From Candidatus Eiseniibacteriota bacterium (GTDB taxonomy: Bacteria > Eisenbacteria > RBG-16-71-46 > CAIMUX01 > VGJL01), in NCBI GenBank assembly GCA_963792585.1, contig CAWBWI010000002.1, forward strand, positions 1 through 64,000: a stretch of 64,000 nucleotides of DNA, in the 5' to 3' direction. The notes beneath the pieces are model-generated. The model had not been told where the DNA came from, did not search any database, and saw only the letters and a list, made by a program, of their open reading frames with translations. Shown here in pieces: positions 50,588-59,601 of this stretch. Numbering within the stretch: position 1 is the first letter of the stretch; the number at the start of each line of letters is the position of its first letter. Both the position numbers and the translations under genes were made by a program.

Positions 50588-51544
50588 ATGAGCCTCGGTC
50601 GATTCGCCACCTGTTGCGTTGCGATCCTCATTGGATCCGGGAATGCCTTGGCCGCTCCGCCGAGCGATCTCGACGGCGCAATCGAACGTGCGACCGGGTG
50701 GCTCGGCGGTGTCCGTGTCGATCCGTTCGCTGGCGCTCCGCTCGATCTCCGGCTGTTCACCGTCGAGGCTGAAGCGTGGCATCGACTCGCCGCGACCGAG
50801 TCCGACCCCACGAGCAGATCCCGCTTCGAGGAGGAGACGCTGGTACGGCTCCGCCGGGCCCAGGACGAAGCGCGGCTCGAGAGAATCCTCTCGATGCCCG
50901 AAGGCTCGACGGTCTTCAGCGAGTTGGTCGTGCTCGCCGCCCGGTGCCGGGAGCACGGGATCGATCCTGAGCCGATCCGAAAGGTCCTTCAGAACCACCT
51001 CGAGGCCCTGGTGGCAGAGGCGCGCCGGGCGCCTCCCTCGATCGGGGCGTTGTATGCCGCCTACCTTCCAAAGGCGGGGATCGAATCGCCGCTCGCCGCC
51101 GCCGAGTTCCGGACTCGCGGGATGCTCTCCCGCCGTCCTGCGGAAGTCGGCCTGGGACTGGCCGATGTCTATTATCTGACCCACGAGATCTTCGCCGACT
51201 GCGATTACGGATTGAGCCAGCTGCGTCCGACGACTACGGCGGAGCGGGCCTATCTCCTGCGGGTGCTCCCTTTCTATGCCCTCCTGTACGCGGGACTCGG
51301 CAATCTCGACATCCTGGGGGAGTTGCTGGTCTGTCTCCACGCGGCCGGAATGCGCGATACCTATGGGTACCGAGAGGGAGTGCGCATCCTGCTCGAGCGG
51401 CAAAACCCGGACGGCAGCTTTGGATCGCCGGACGCGCGGAGACTCGGACGGGCCGTTGGTCCGGCGGACTACCTGCACCCGACGATGAACGGGCTCACCG
51501 CCCTCCTCCTGGAACAACGGTCCGTGCGATCGGGGGCTCCATAG
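50588..51544 (+). CDS. Exported DUF6895-like alpha/alpha-barrel protein
   Basis: Signal peptide; YYLTHEIF..DYG, DILGELL, QNPDGSFG, HPT. Confidence 0.65.
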   Translation: MSLGRFATCCVAILIGSGNALAAPPSDLDGAIERATGWLGGVRVDPFAGAPLDLRLFTVEAEAWHRLAATESDPTSRSRFEEETLVRLRRAQDEARLERILSMPEGSTVFSELVVLAARCREHGIDPEPIRKVLQNHLEALVAEARRAPPSIGALYAAYLPKAGIESPLAAAEFRTRGMLSRRPAEVGLGLADVYYLTHEIFADCDYGLSQLRPTTTAERAYLLRVLPFYALLYAGLGNLDILGELLVCLHAAGMRDTYGYREGVRILLERQNPDGSFGSPDARRLGRAVGPADYLHPTMNGLTALLLEQRSVRSGAP

Positions 51545-51646
51545 ACGGGCGGAACCCTCTATCGTGAGGATTTCCCGGAGGCGCGAACAGGGGGCCGAAG
51601 GGACCAGGTGGGGCCCAGGCCGGCCCTTTCCGATGTTCCGGAACGA

Positions 51647-51675
51647 TTGACACCCGACGGGACGAGTCCTACCAT
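51647..51675 (+). promoter_or_regulatory. sigma70 promoter
   Basis: TTGACA-17 nt-TACCAT. Confidence 0.65.
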
Positions 51676-51711
51676 GGCTTCGATGGTCGGGGTTGGTCCT
51701 GGGGTCTGGGG

Positions 51712-53319
51712 GTGGTATGTCCGCTCGCCGAGTTCCTGCCGGCGTTTCAGTTCTTCGTACTGTTCAACTCGGTTTTGTCGGCGTTGGTGGCGCTCGCCTC
51801 GCTCTGGGGTCTGCTCGGCGGATGCCGTGAGCAGACCACCGCGCCGATTGACCGGAATGGCGCGCCCGAGACGTTTCTGACGTCTGCGCCGGGCGACAGC
51901 CAGACGACATTCTACTGGGTCGCCATGCGCTGGTCGGGGGCCGATCGGGACGGCGCCGTCGTCGCCTACGAGGTCGCGACAACCGAGTCGTTGCCGAACG
52001 TCGAGAGGATCGAGTGGACGCGGACGCGGCGCACGGACAGCCTGATTGTCTTCCCGGTCGAGGAGTCGCGCGAGGTGCTCGGACACAGGTTCTACGTGCG
52101 ATCCATCGACAATGAGGGCAAGCTCGACCCGACGCCCGCCTGGGTGTTCTTCGGAGTGCGCGACAACGTTCCCCCCACGGTCACATTCAGCCGCGCAGAA
52201 GCCTACGGCCCAGGCGGAGAAGTGCGTCCACTCACCTCGGAGAACCCCGACCAGCCGACGGACACGATCTCCACGGGTTGGGGCGTGCGATTCAGCTGGT
52301 CCGGGTCCGACGCGGATGTGGCCTATGGAAGCGACGGGCAGCTCGTGAGGATCGGTAGCGTCGCGAAGTTCCTCCACCGGCTCATTCCAGTCGAGTCCCA
52401 GTATCTCGGGGGGACCCTGAGCGACACCGCGGCCGTGTATCCGCCCGAATTCTTCGATCGAATCCGCACGGGAAGCGTCTACGCGTTCAGCACGCGGGCA
52501 ATCGACGATGCGGGTCTTTCCGGAAGCGGCACGGCGACGCGAAGCTTTGTCTGGAATCGAGACCCCGTGACGAAGTTCCGTCGCTGCCTCCACGATGGAA
52601 CCGGCGACTCCCTGAAGTGCTTCACCGTTTCCGGCGAGACGCACTTCGAGGGCGACACGCTGCCCCTGCCCAGGGACGTCGGGGCGCCCTACCCAACGGC
52701 CATCTTCACGGCGTCCGGATACGATCCGGACCCGGTCTCGTCGGGGGATTACACCGTGAAGGCTCTGGAATGGCGATTCACGACCGGCGTCGTCCTTCCC
52801 CAATGGACGCAGTTCGCCGCCGGCGAGCCTTTGACCATGAGCGAATTGCGGGGCGGGGACTACATGACCATGGCCCGTGCAACCGATCAGCTCGATCGGG
52901 TCGAAGGCACTCCGGACACGGTCAGGTTCTACGTCAATATCTCCCCGCGGTTCGTGACGCGGGTCGAGGATGTGGGTTTCGTTCAATCTCCCTTGCCGGG
53001 GCAGTCATTCCCCCTCTCCGAGGTCGGAGACAGCCTTCTCTTCCGGTTCTGGATCGAGAATCCGGATGCGGCGTTCTCGGAGAAGGTCATGATCTCATAC
53101 CGATTCGACAGCGAGAACGAAGCCTTCTATCGCGGGGCGAAACTCCGGATTTCCGGGCGCGCCGACAGCATGAAGATCGCGCCCGAAGGCGGTCGCGTAT
53201 TCAGCGCGAAGCCCTATGTCCTCCGGGTGAAGGTGGAAGACAATGCCCAGACGGGTGGCTCCGACCGCGGCGCCCGGGTCATCAACCGGATCATCCCTTT
53301 CATCATTACTGAGGGTTGA
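51712..53319 (+). CDS. Lipoprotein with repeated FN3/Ig-like domains (true start may be ATG 51717 with a frameshift)
   Basis: Lipobox LGGC; repeats of W.G.D.D and F.(V/T)RAID..G..DPTP. Confidence 0.75.
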   Translation: MVCPLAEFLPAFQFFVLFNSVLSALVALASLWGLLGGCREQTTAPIDRNGAPETFLTSAPGDSQTTFYWVAMRWSGADRDGAVVAYEVATTESLPNVERIEWTRTRRTDSLIVFPVEESREVLGHRFYVRSIDNEGKLDPTPAWVFFGVRDNVPPTVTFSRAEAYGPGGEVRPLTSENPDQPTDTISTGWGVRFSWSGSDADVAYGSDGQLVRIGSVAKFLHRLIPVESQYLGGTLSDTAAVYPPEFFDRIRTGSVYAFSTRAIDDAGLSGSGTATRSFVWNRDPVTKFRRCLHDGTGDSLKCFTVSGETHFEGDTLPLPRDVGAPYPTAIFTASGYDPDPVSSGDYTVKALEWRFTTGVVLPQWTQFAAGEPLTMSELRGGDYMTMARATDQLDRVEGTPDTVRFYVNISPRFVTRVEDVGFVQSPLPGQSFPLSEVGDSLLFRFWIENPDAAFSEKVMISYRFDSENEAFYRGAKLRISGRADSMKIAPEGGRVFSAKPYVLRVKVEDNAQTGGSDRGARVINRIIPFIITEG

Positions 53320-53347
53320 AGCCTCGGGGTTCAGAGGAGATCCTGCA

Positions 53348-55612
53348 ATGAAACTGCAATGGGTCCTGGTCCTGCTTCTGCTTTTCGCGACAGGCTGCCT
53401 TCTGATACCGAGCGACACGGAGAAGGGGACTCGCGTCGAGAACGAGCGCCCACTGGTGAGTATCACGGCCGGCGCGGCGACCTCGGATTCTTCCGGGATC
53501 GACTACAAGGTGACGTTCCAATGGAGGGGCTCCGACGATGACGGCGTCGTGACCCGGTTCCAGTACGCAATGGACGACACCACGACCGAATCCGCCTGGC
53601 ACGACACAACGGGATTCGGAACCCTATTGAAATTCGGCGCCTCCCACAATTCCGATGGCGCCTCCTCGGGGATCTTCCGTGACTGGCATACCTTCTACCT
53701 GCGGGCGGTCGACAACGAGTACTCCGTCAGCAGGGTCGACAAGCGCTTCTTCAATGCGAGGACGATTGCCCCTACGAGCGAGATCACGTTTCCAAAGATC
53801 GCCGCCGGTTCCATTCCGAGCCTCGTCAAGACATTCGTGGTCGAGTGGAAGGGTGAAGACCTCGACAGCTCGAATCCGGAAAAGGTTCCCGCGTACTTCG
53901 AGTACAAGCTGATCCGCCTGCGGCGCGCTTTCGAAGCCGATGCCGATGTCGTGGATTCGCTCCTCACCAAGAACAACCGATTCCTCGACACGCTAAGCGC
54001 CGGGGACAAGACGCGCTGGATTCGCGTATCCAGCAAGATCCGCCAGAGAGTTCTCCAGGACCTACCCGATACCCAAGGAGAGGTGTTCGTGTTCGCCATC
54101 CGGGCCGTCGACGAGGCGGGCGCGGTCGAACCGAATCTGGACAACGGGCGCAACTGGATCAAGTTCACCGTTCAGGATCGGACCAGCCGTCCGAAGGTGA
54201 TCGTATCGGAACGGTCTCTCGGTGCGCACGAGTTCCCCGCGGATGGACTCATCTGGGGTTCGCCGACGCCGCTCGATGTCCCGAGCAATACGCCGATCCG
54301 GTTTCAGTGGATTGGAGATGCGGCCTACTACGGGAGCAAGCCCGGGAACGTCAACTACGGACTGGATGTTCCCGACCCCGAGGACGATCGGTACCGGGAT
54401 CCCAATGGAATCGGCGGCTGGATCGGATGGGGCAAGTGGACGGCCATGTCGAAACCCCTCATCTTCCCCGACACGGAAGACGGGCAGATCCACGTTCTCT
54501 ACATCCGGATGCGTGATGCCGGCGACCAGCGCTCTTCCGAGCAGTTGTGCACGATCATCATGCGTGTCGTCGCATTTCGCTTTGCGCGGACCGCGCTGCT
54601 CGTCGACGACGCGGTCATCACATACGGGCTGACGGGGCAAGTGCAGGATGGGATCCACGACGCCTTCATCGATCGATTCATCGGCCGGATCTACAACTAC
54701 GCCGCCGAGGGTCTCGACAAGCGGAGCCTCTACGGCAGGTCCTACAATGGAGTCTACCCCGAAGGGTTGAACCCGACGGAAACGACGATGGTGCCGCTGA
54801 GCGTGCTGGCGCAGTACCAAGCCGTCTTGTGGAATTTCAATTTCGTCGGCGGACGGACCTCCGGACTCTGGTACCACGAGCATGAGACTCCCCCAGGGAG
54901 CGTGCGAAGGGATCGGAGGCTGCTCTCGAGCTATGTGAGCGCCGGGGGAAAGCTCTTCCTGTTCGGCGGTAGGCCGCTCGCTTCGATTACGAGTCGCTTC
55001 ACAGGAATCCCTGGACGCGACTACCCGATCCTCCCGCCCCAGGTGGGGTCCACCGCGGAGTTCTCGGAGAGCAATTTCCTCTGGAGATTCCTCCACGTTC
55101 GAAACCAAGTGGTCGGGATCACCACGTTCAACTGCAACGAAGCGAACGGGCACCAGCCATGGCGCGACGGATTGATCGCATGCCTATCCGCCAACCCGTA
55201 CTACCCGGATCTCTACATCGATCCGGCAAAGTGGAACACCGAGGCGGTCAGCGGCTGTGTAGATGCCCGGGCGTCCGGCGGGATCGACGACTTCGAGGCG
55301 GTCATGGAGGGATCCAATATCGAGGTTGGCTATGCGTCCCACCGGGCCGATGCCGGTCTCGACACCCTCTACTACGGCGTTCCCTATAACGGACCGGTCT
55401 CGCCACCCTCGCGCTGGGGGATCGGCACGAACGGCAATTACCAGATGGTAGTCGCGCAACGCTATGAATCGACCGCCGCGGACACGCTCCGCAGCAACGC
55501 GCAGGGTAGGATCGTCCTGTTCACTTTCCAGCCCTATCTGTTTCAGGAGGGGCCGGTTTGGGATGCGGGCACGTCCGCGATCAACTGGCTGATGACGGGA
55601 CGAGACAACTAG
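53348..55612 (+). CDS. Lipoprotein with FN3/Ig-like repeats and a C-terminal GATase-like alpha/beta domain
   Basis: Lipobox ATGC; QWRGSDDDG, HTFYLRAVDNE, FAIRAVDEAG; later ALLVDD, YQAVLW, YVSAGGKLFLFG. Confidence 0.78.
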   Translation: MKLQWVLVLLLLFATGCLLIPSDTEKGTRVENERPLVSITAGAATSDSSGIDYKVTFQWRGSDDDGVVTRFQYAMDDTTTESAWHDTTGFGTLLKFGASHNSDGASSGIFRDWHTFYLRAVDNEYSVSRVDKRFFNARTIAPTSEITFPKIAAGSIPSLVKTFVVEWKGEDLDSSNPEKVPAYFEYKLIRLRRAFEADADVVDSLLTKNNRFLDTLSAGDKTRWIRVSSKIRQRVLQDLPDTQGEVFVFAIRAVDEAGAVEPNLDNGRNWIKFTVQDRTSRPKVIVSERSLGAHEFPADGLIWGSPTPLDVPSNTPIRFQWIGDAAYYGSKPGNVNYGLDVPDPEDDRYRDPNGIGGWIGWGKWTAMSKPLIFPDTEDGQIHVLYIRMRDAGDQRSSEQLCTIIMRVVAFRFARTALLVDDAVITYGLTGQVQDGIHDAFIDRFIGRIYNYAAEGLDKRSLYGRSYNGVYPEGLNPTETTMVPLSVLAQYQAVLWNFNFVGGRTSGLWYHEHETPPGSVRRDRRLLSSYVSAGGKLFLFGGRPLASITSRFTGIPGRDYPILPPQVGSTAEFSESNFLWRFLHVRNQVVGITTFNCNEANGHQPWRDGLIACLSANPYYPDLYIDPAKWNTEAVSGCVDARASGGIDDFEAVMEGSNIEVGYASHRADAGLDTLYYGVPYNGPVSPPSRWGIGTNGNYQMVVAQRYESTAADTLRSNAQGRIVLFTFQPYLFQEGPVWDAGTSAINWLMTGRDN

Positions 55613-55647
55613 CCCCCCGTGTCGGTGCGAAACAGGAGGTGGAAGGG

Positions 55648-57420
55648 ATGAGGGTTCTGGGACGTGGGGCGCTGGCGTGCCTGCTCTTGCTCGGGCTTGC
55701 ATTCGCCGAGGCCCGCGCAGCCGGCGTGCGCTTCTCCGGTCCCCCCACAATCGGGGACCGCAAGATCTCCTGGCGATGGGAGCCCTTGCAGGACAAGGAC
55801 CCCTTCTTCCAGGGCAACACCGTGCTGAACCTCATCGGGACGGTCGCAAGCCCTGTGCCGCCGCCGGTGCGGATTCTCAAGGCGAACACCGACGGCAGTC
55901 GGCTGTACGGTGTCGGCGCCGACAACCGCATCTACATCTGGAAGAGTGGGACCTCCGTTGCCGAGAAGGTTCTGGACGCCCCTCCCGACAGTCTTCTCGA
56001 CTTCGACGTGCACCAGTCGGGCAACCTGATCATCGGCGGCCTCAGAGACGGGCGGATCGCCTACTGGGACATTCCCACAGGCAATGCTCCCGCGCTCTTC
56101 AATGGACAGGATCACGCCTGCCGTTTCATCCGTTTCCTCGTGAGGACTCCGGACATCACGGAAAGAAGATACGTGACGGCGGGCGACGAGGACACCGTGC
56201 GGACCTGGGAGTTCCCGGGCGGGCTGTGGAGAAAGATCGCAAACGCCAGAAACACGGTCTCAGCGCTCGAGGTCACGGACAACGGGGCGTTCCTCGTTCT
56301 TGGAGATCATCGCGGCGCCATCCGGATCTTTCAGCCGCTCATCGCCGGGCCGATTGTCGACAGCAAGACGGAGCATCAAGGCGCCGTCAAGGGCATGATC
56401 TTCGCAGATGACCGACGCACCCTGATCACCATCGATACCCTCGGGAAGGTCAACGTCTGGTCCACGGTGCATTGGACGGTCAACTTCAGCCTTCAGCTCG
56501 ACCGTCACGAAGATGCCCACTTGGGGCTCCGGGATCCGGATGGTGCGTTGGCCTACACACTGGATCGTACCGGTTTCTACCAGGTCTTCGATGGACGGGA
56601 CGGACGCCGCTACCGTGCGGCGAACATGATCGACTCCGGCGAGATCGGGGCGACCGTCTTCGCCGATGGAGGCAGACAGGTCTACTTCGCGCTTTCCGAC
56701 GGCTCCATTCGGAACTACCAGACCGGCTTCTGCCAACCATCCGAGCAGCAGCCCACGTGCTTCGGGGGATACATGCTGTGGCGATCCCCCACTTCCCGCG
56801 CGGAAGATGCCACCATGCTTCGGGTCTACGGGTTTGGAGACTCCACATGGGCGTTCGTGGGCGGGGAGCGCAGCTTCGTCGATCCGGACTCGCTGATCCC
56901 TCGCTCCTCGCACTCGGAGGAGCCACCCGCGGGTCCCCACAACGGGCTTCCCTTCTACTACAGCCTGACGCCCTTCGAGCGACGGTTCCTGAACGGCGGT
57001 GTCTTCGACGTTCTGCTCAGTACGATCGATGAGGGGTTCTACCGAGAGGACAGCTTGGGTGCGCCGACCCCGGTCACCGCACACGCCGCCGCCCGGGAAG
57101 ACAGGCCGTACCTTTCGTCGGTCATCGTCGTCCCGAATCCCTACGAGGCCGGAAAGGTCCCCTGGGATCAAGAGGCGGGAGAGCACATCGAGTTCCGGAA
57201 TCTCCCATCGCAGGCGACCATCAAGATCTTCACGATGGCGGGAGAACAGGTCCGCACGATCGAGCACGGCGCCGGCGGCTTCGGAGAGTCGACGGACGCG
57301 CGGCGGTGGGATCTTCGCAACGACAGGGGCGAACGGGTCACCAGCGGTGTCTACATCTACCACATCACGACCAAGCTCAACGACGAGTCGACGACAGGCT
57401 ACCTCTGCTTGGTGCGTTGA
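55648..57420 (+). CDS. Secreted WD40 beta-propeller protein with T9SS-like C-terminal domain
   Basis: Signal peptide; WD40-like repeats (DNRIYIW, DGRIAYWD, EDTVRTWE, GKVNVWS). C-terminus VVPNPY..IEFRNLP..TIKIFT.AGE.VRTI..WDLRN..G..V.SGVYIY. Confidence 0.82.
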   Translation: MRVLGRGALACLLLLGLAFAEARAAGVRFSGPPTIGDRKISWRWEPLQDKDPFFQGNTVLNLIGTVASPVPPPVRILKANTDGSRLYGVGADNRIYIWKSGTSVAEKVLDAPPDSLLDFDVHQSGNLIIGGLRDGRIAYWDIPTGNAPALFNGQDHACRFIRFLVRTPDITERRYVTAGDEDTVRTWEFPGGLWRKIANARNTVSALEVTDNGAFLVLGDHRGAIRIFQPLIAGPIVDSKTEHQGAVKGMIFADDRRTLITIDTLGKVNVWSTVHWTVNFSLQLDRHEDAHLGLRDPDGALAYTLDRTGFYQVFDGRDGRRYRAANMIDSGEIGATVFADGGRQVYFALSDGSIRNYQTGFCQPSEQQPTCFGGYMLWRSPTSRAEDATMLRVYGFGDSTWAFVGGERSFVDPDSLIPRSSHSEEPPAGPHNGLPFYYSLTPFERRFLNGGVFDVLLSTIDEGFYREDSLGAPTPVTAHAAAREDRPYLSSVIVVPNPYEAGKVPWDQEAGEHIEFRNLPSQATIKIFTMAGEQVRTIEHGAGGFGESTDARRWDLRNDRGERVTSGVYIYHITTKLNDESTTGYLCLVR

Positions 57421-59516
57421 TCGCGAAGCGACGATTGGTGGATAGGATCAGGGGCGGACCGGTCTGGGATCGGGCCGCCCTTGTCGCATCGCTCCTCGCG
57501 TGTCTCCTTCGGGCGGTCTACGCAATCGAGGCCCTTGCGCGGACGCCGGTGCTGCGCCAGCCCCTGGCGGACTCGATCACCTACCTGGCGTGGGCGAAGT
57601 CGATCGCCGGGGGAGCGCTCTCGCTGGGCGATCCGTTCTATCGCGCCCCGCTCTATCCATACCTGATCGCCCCCTTCCATGCCCTCTCGCGGCACCCCGA
57701 GGCTGGAATCGTCTTGGTCCAGGTCCTCGCAGGGTGCATCTCGCTCTTTCTCGTCTGGCGGACTGCCCGGAGTCTCTACGGCGGGCCGGCGGGCCTGGTC
57801 GCGGCGGTGGGGTACGGGTTCTTCGGCCCCCTGGCCGCCCACGAGACGAAGATCCTCCCGACCGCCCTCGCGATCTTGCTGGAGGTGATGACCCTCGCGC
57901 AGCTGTTGCGGGCGCGAAGTCCGCGAGGACACCTCGCGGCGGGTCTGCTCGCGGGCGCCTGGGCGCTGGCGCAGCCAAGCTCCCTTCTGGTCATCGTGGC
58001 GGTGGTCGCGCTTCATGCGGGGCGCGGTTCGCTTCGAGGCGCGGCGCTCCCCATCGCGCTCGGGGCCGCGATCGCGATCGCGCCCGCGACGCTTCACAAC
58101 CTGCGGGCCGGCGACTTCGTCCTGATCTCCTCGAACGGAGGAATGACCTTCTACCACGGCAACAACGAAACAAGCCGCCACGGGCTCCTCGAACCCAGCC
58201 CGCGGTCAGCGCAGGGGGGCAATGCCGTGAATCAGGCGCGACTCGACATCGAGGCGGCGTCGGCGGAAGCGGGCCGGCGCCTCACCGCGTCGGAGAGCTC
58301 TCGCTATTGGTTCGGGCAGGGCGTTCGCGCGCTGGCCGCTGATCCGATCCGCTGGCTTCGGCTCTGGGGGTGGAAGATTGTGCGAACGTGCGGCGCGCAC
58401 GACTACGCCGACAACTACTCGCACGGGGTCGAATTGGGTGAGGTCCGCGCCCTGCGGTTCTTTTGGGTGGGTTTCCCGCTGCTCCTCATCGCCGCGGTCG
58501 GAGGGCTGGTGCTCAAGGGGCCGAGAGGACGTCCGGAGGGGTTCCTGATCCTCTTCGCGGCGCTCGGGATCGTCACATGCATCGTCTTCTTCGTCGGATC
58601 ACGATACCGGTGCGAGTCGGTTCCGGCGTTGGCCATTCTGGCAGGCAGGGCGGTCTCCGCGGGGCGCGGAAGTTCTTGTCGTCGACGCTGGACCGCGGCA
58701 TTCGTGGGCGCCGGCCTCGTGGCGGTGGCCTCCATACCGCCGGGCGGCGCCGCCATGGTCCAGGATTCCCTGGCGGGGGCCCAGTGGGCGGCCGCACTCG
58801 AACGGGATGGACGGGTCGGCGACGCGGCGCGCGTCTACGCCTGGGCGGTAGAGCGCGATCCGACCCTCGCCGTTGCCCTGGCGCGCTGGGCGGCGCTGGA
58901 GGGGGGTGCGAGGGGACCCGATGCCGCGCTCGCCGTCCTGGATCGCGGGATCGCGGGGGGCGCGGACGGTGTCCTGCTTCGGCGCGAGCGGGGGACCACG
59001 AGGATCGCCGCCGGAGATCTCATGGGAGCCGAGGTGGATTTGCGTGCTGCGTTGAGCGCCGATCCGCGTGATGCGGATGTGGCCCTCAATCTCGCGGCCT
59101 GCCTCGTGCGGCGGGGAGCGAACGAGGACGCTGGCCGGCTCCTGGCGATGCCGGAGCTTGCGGCGGACCCGATCGGCCTCTACTACCGAGGGCTTCTCGA
59201 TCTGCGGGCCGCGCGGTGGGCGGTGGCGGCGGCGCGCTTCGACTCCTCCCGAGCCGCGGGGGCCGTCGATCCCCGTCCCATCGTGTTGCGGGCGTTTGCC
59301 CTCGTGCGCGGGGGACGTGAGGAGGAGGGACGCGCGACGCTGCTTGCCTGGTTGTCAGGGGCCGGCGTGGCCGATGTCGAGGATCTCGCGGACCGAATTC
59401 TCGGCCGCCTGAGAGTGGAAGGCCGGAGACCCACCTCCGTATCCGCTTCGGAGGAAGGTGTTTGGAAGTCCGTCGAAGCCGCGCTCGCCGCCATCACCCC
59501 TGCGGGCTCGCCTTGA
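57417..59516 (+). CDS. GT-C (ArnT/PMT-like, family 39) membrane glycosyltransferase with C-terminal TPRs (start uncertain)
   Basis: D...Y..WA..IA.G, FYRAPLYPY, multiple TMs, SSNGG.TFYHGN, RYR; TPR-like helices after the last TM. Confidence 0.82.
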   Translation: MIAKRRLVDRIRGGPVWDRAALVASLLACLLRAVYAIEALARTPVLRQPLADSITYLAWAKSIAGGALSLGDPFYRAPLYPYLIAPFHALSRHPEAGIVLVQVLAGCISLFLVWRTARSLYGGPAGLVAAVGYGFFGPLAAHETKILPTALAILLEVMTLAQLLRARSPRGHLAAGLLAGAWALAQPSSLLVIVAVVALHAGRGSLRGAALPIALGAAIAIAPATLHNLRAGDFVLISSNGGMTFYHGNNETSRHGLLEPSPRSAQGGNAVNQARLDIEAASAEAGRRLTASESSRYWFGQGVRALAADPIRWLRLWGWKIVRTCGAHDYADNYSHGVELGEVRALRFFWVGFPLLLIAAVGGLVLKGPRGRPEGFLILFAALGIVTCIVFFVGSRYRCESVPALAILAGRAVSAGRGSSCRRRWTAAFVGAGLVAVASIPPGGAAMVQDSLAGAQWAAALERDGRVGDAARVYAWAVERDPTLAVALARWAALEGGARGPDAALAVLDRGIAGGADGVLLRRERGTTRIAAGDLMGAEVDLRAALSADPRDADVALNLAACLVRRGANEDAGRLLAMPELAADPIGLYYRGLLDLRAARWAVAAARFDSSRAAGAVDPRPIVLRAFALVRGGREEEGRATLLAWLSGAGVADVEDLADRILGRLRVEGRRPTSVSASEEGVWKSVEAALAAITPAGSP

Positions 59517-59542
59517 CCCTTCCCCGTCGAGGTTCATACAAT
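59513..59542 (+). promoter_or_regulatory. sigma70 promoter of ppdK
   Basis: TTGACC-18 nt-TACAAT. Confidence 0.6.
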
Positions 59543-59601
59543 GGCGCGGGAACACGTTTTCGATCACAGCACATATTCCGGGTGGGGAGAGGGAGGCGAG
59601 G

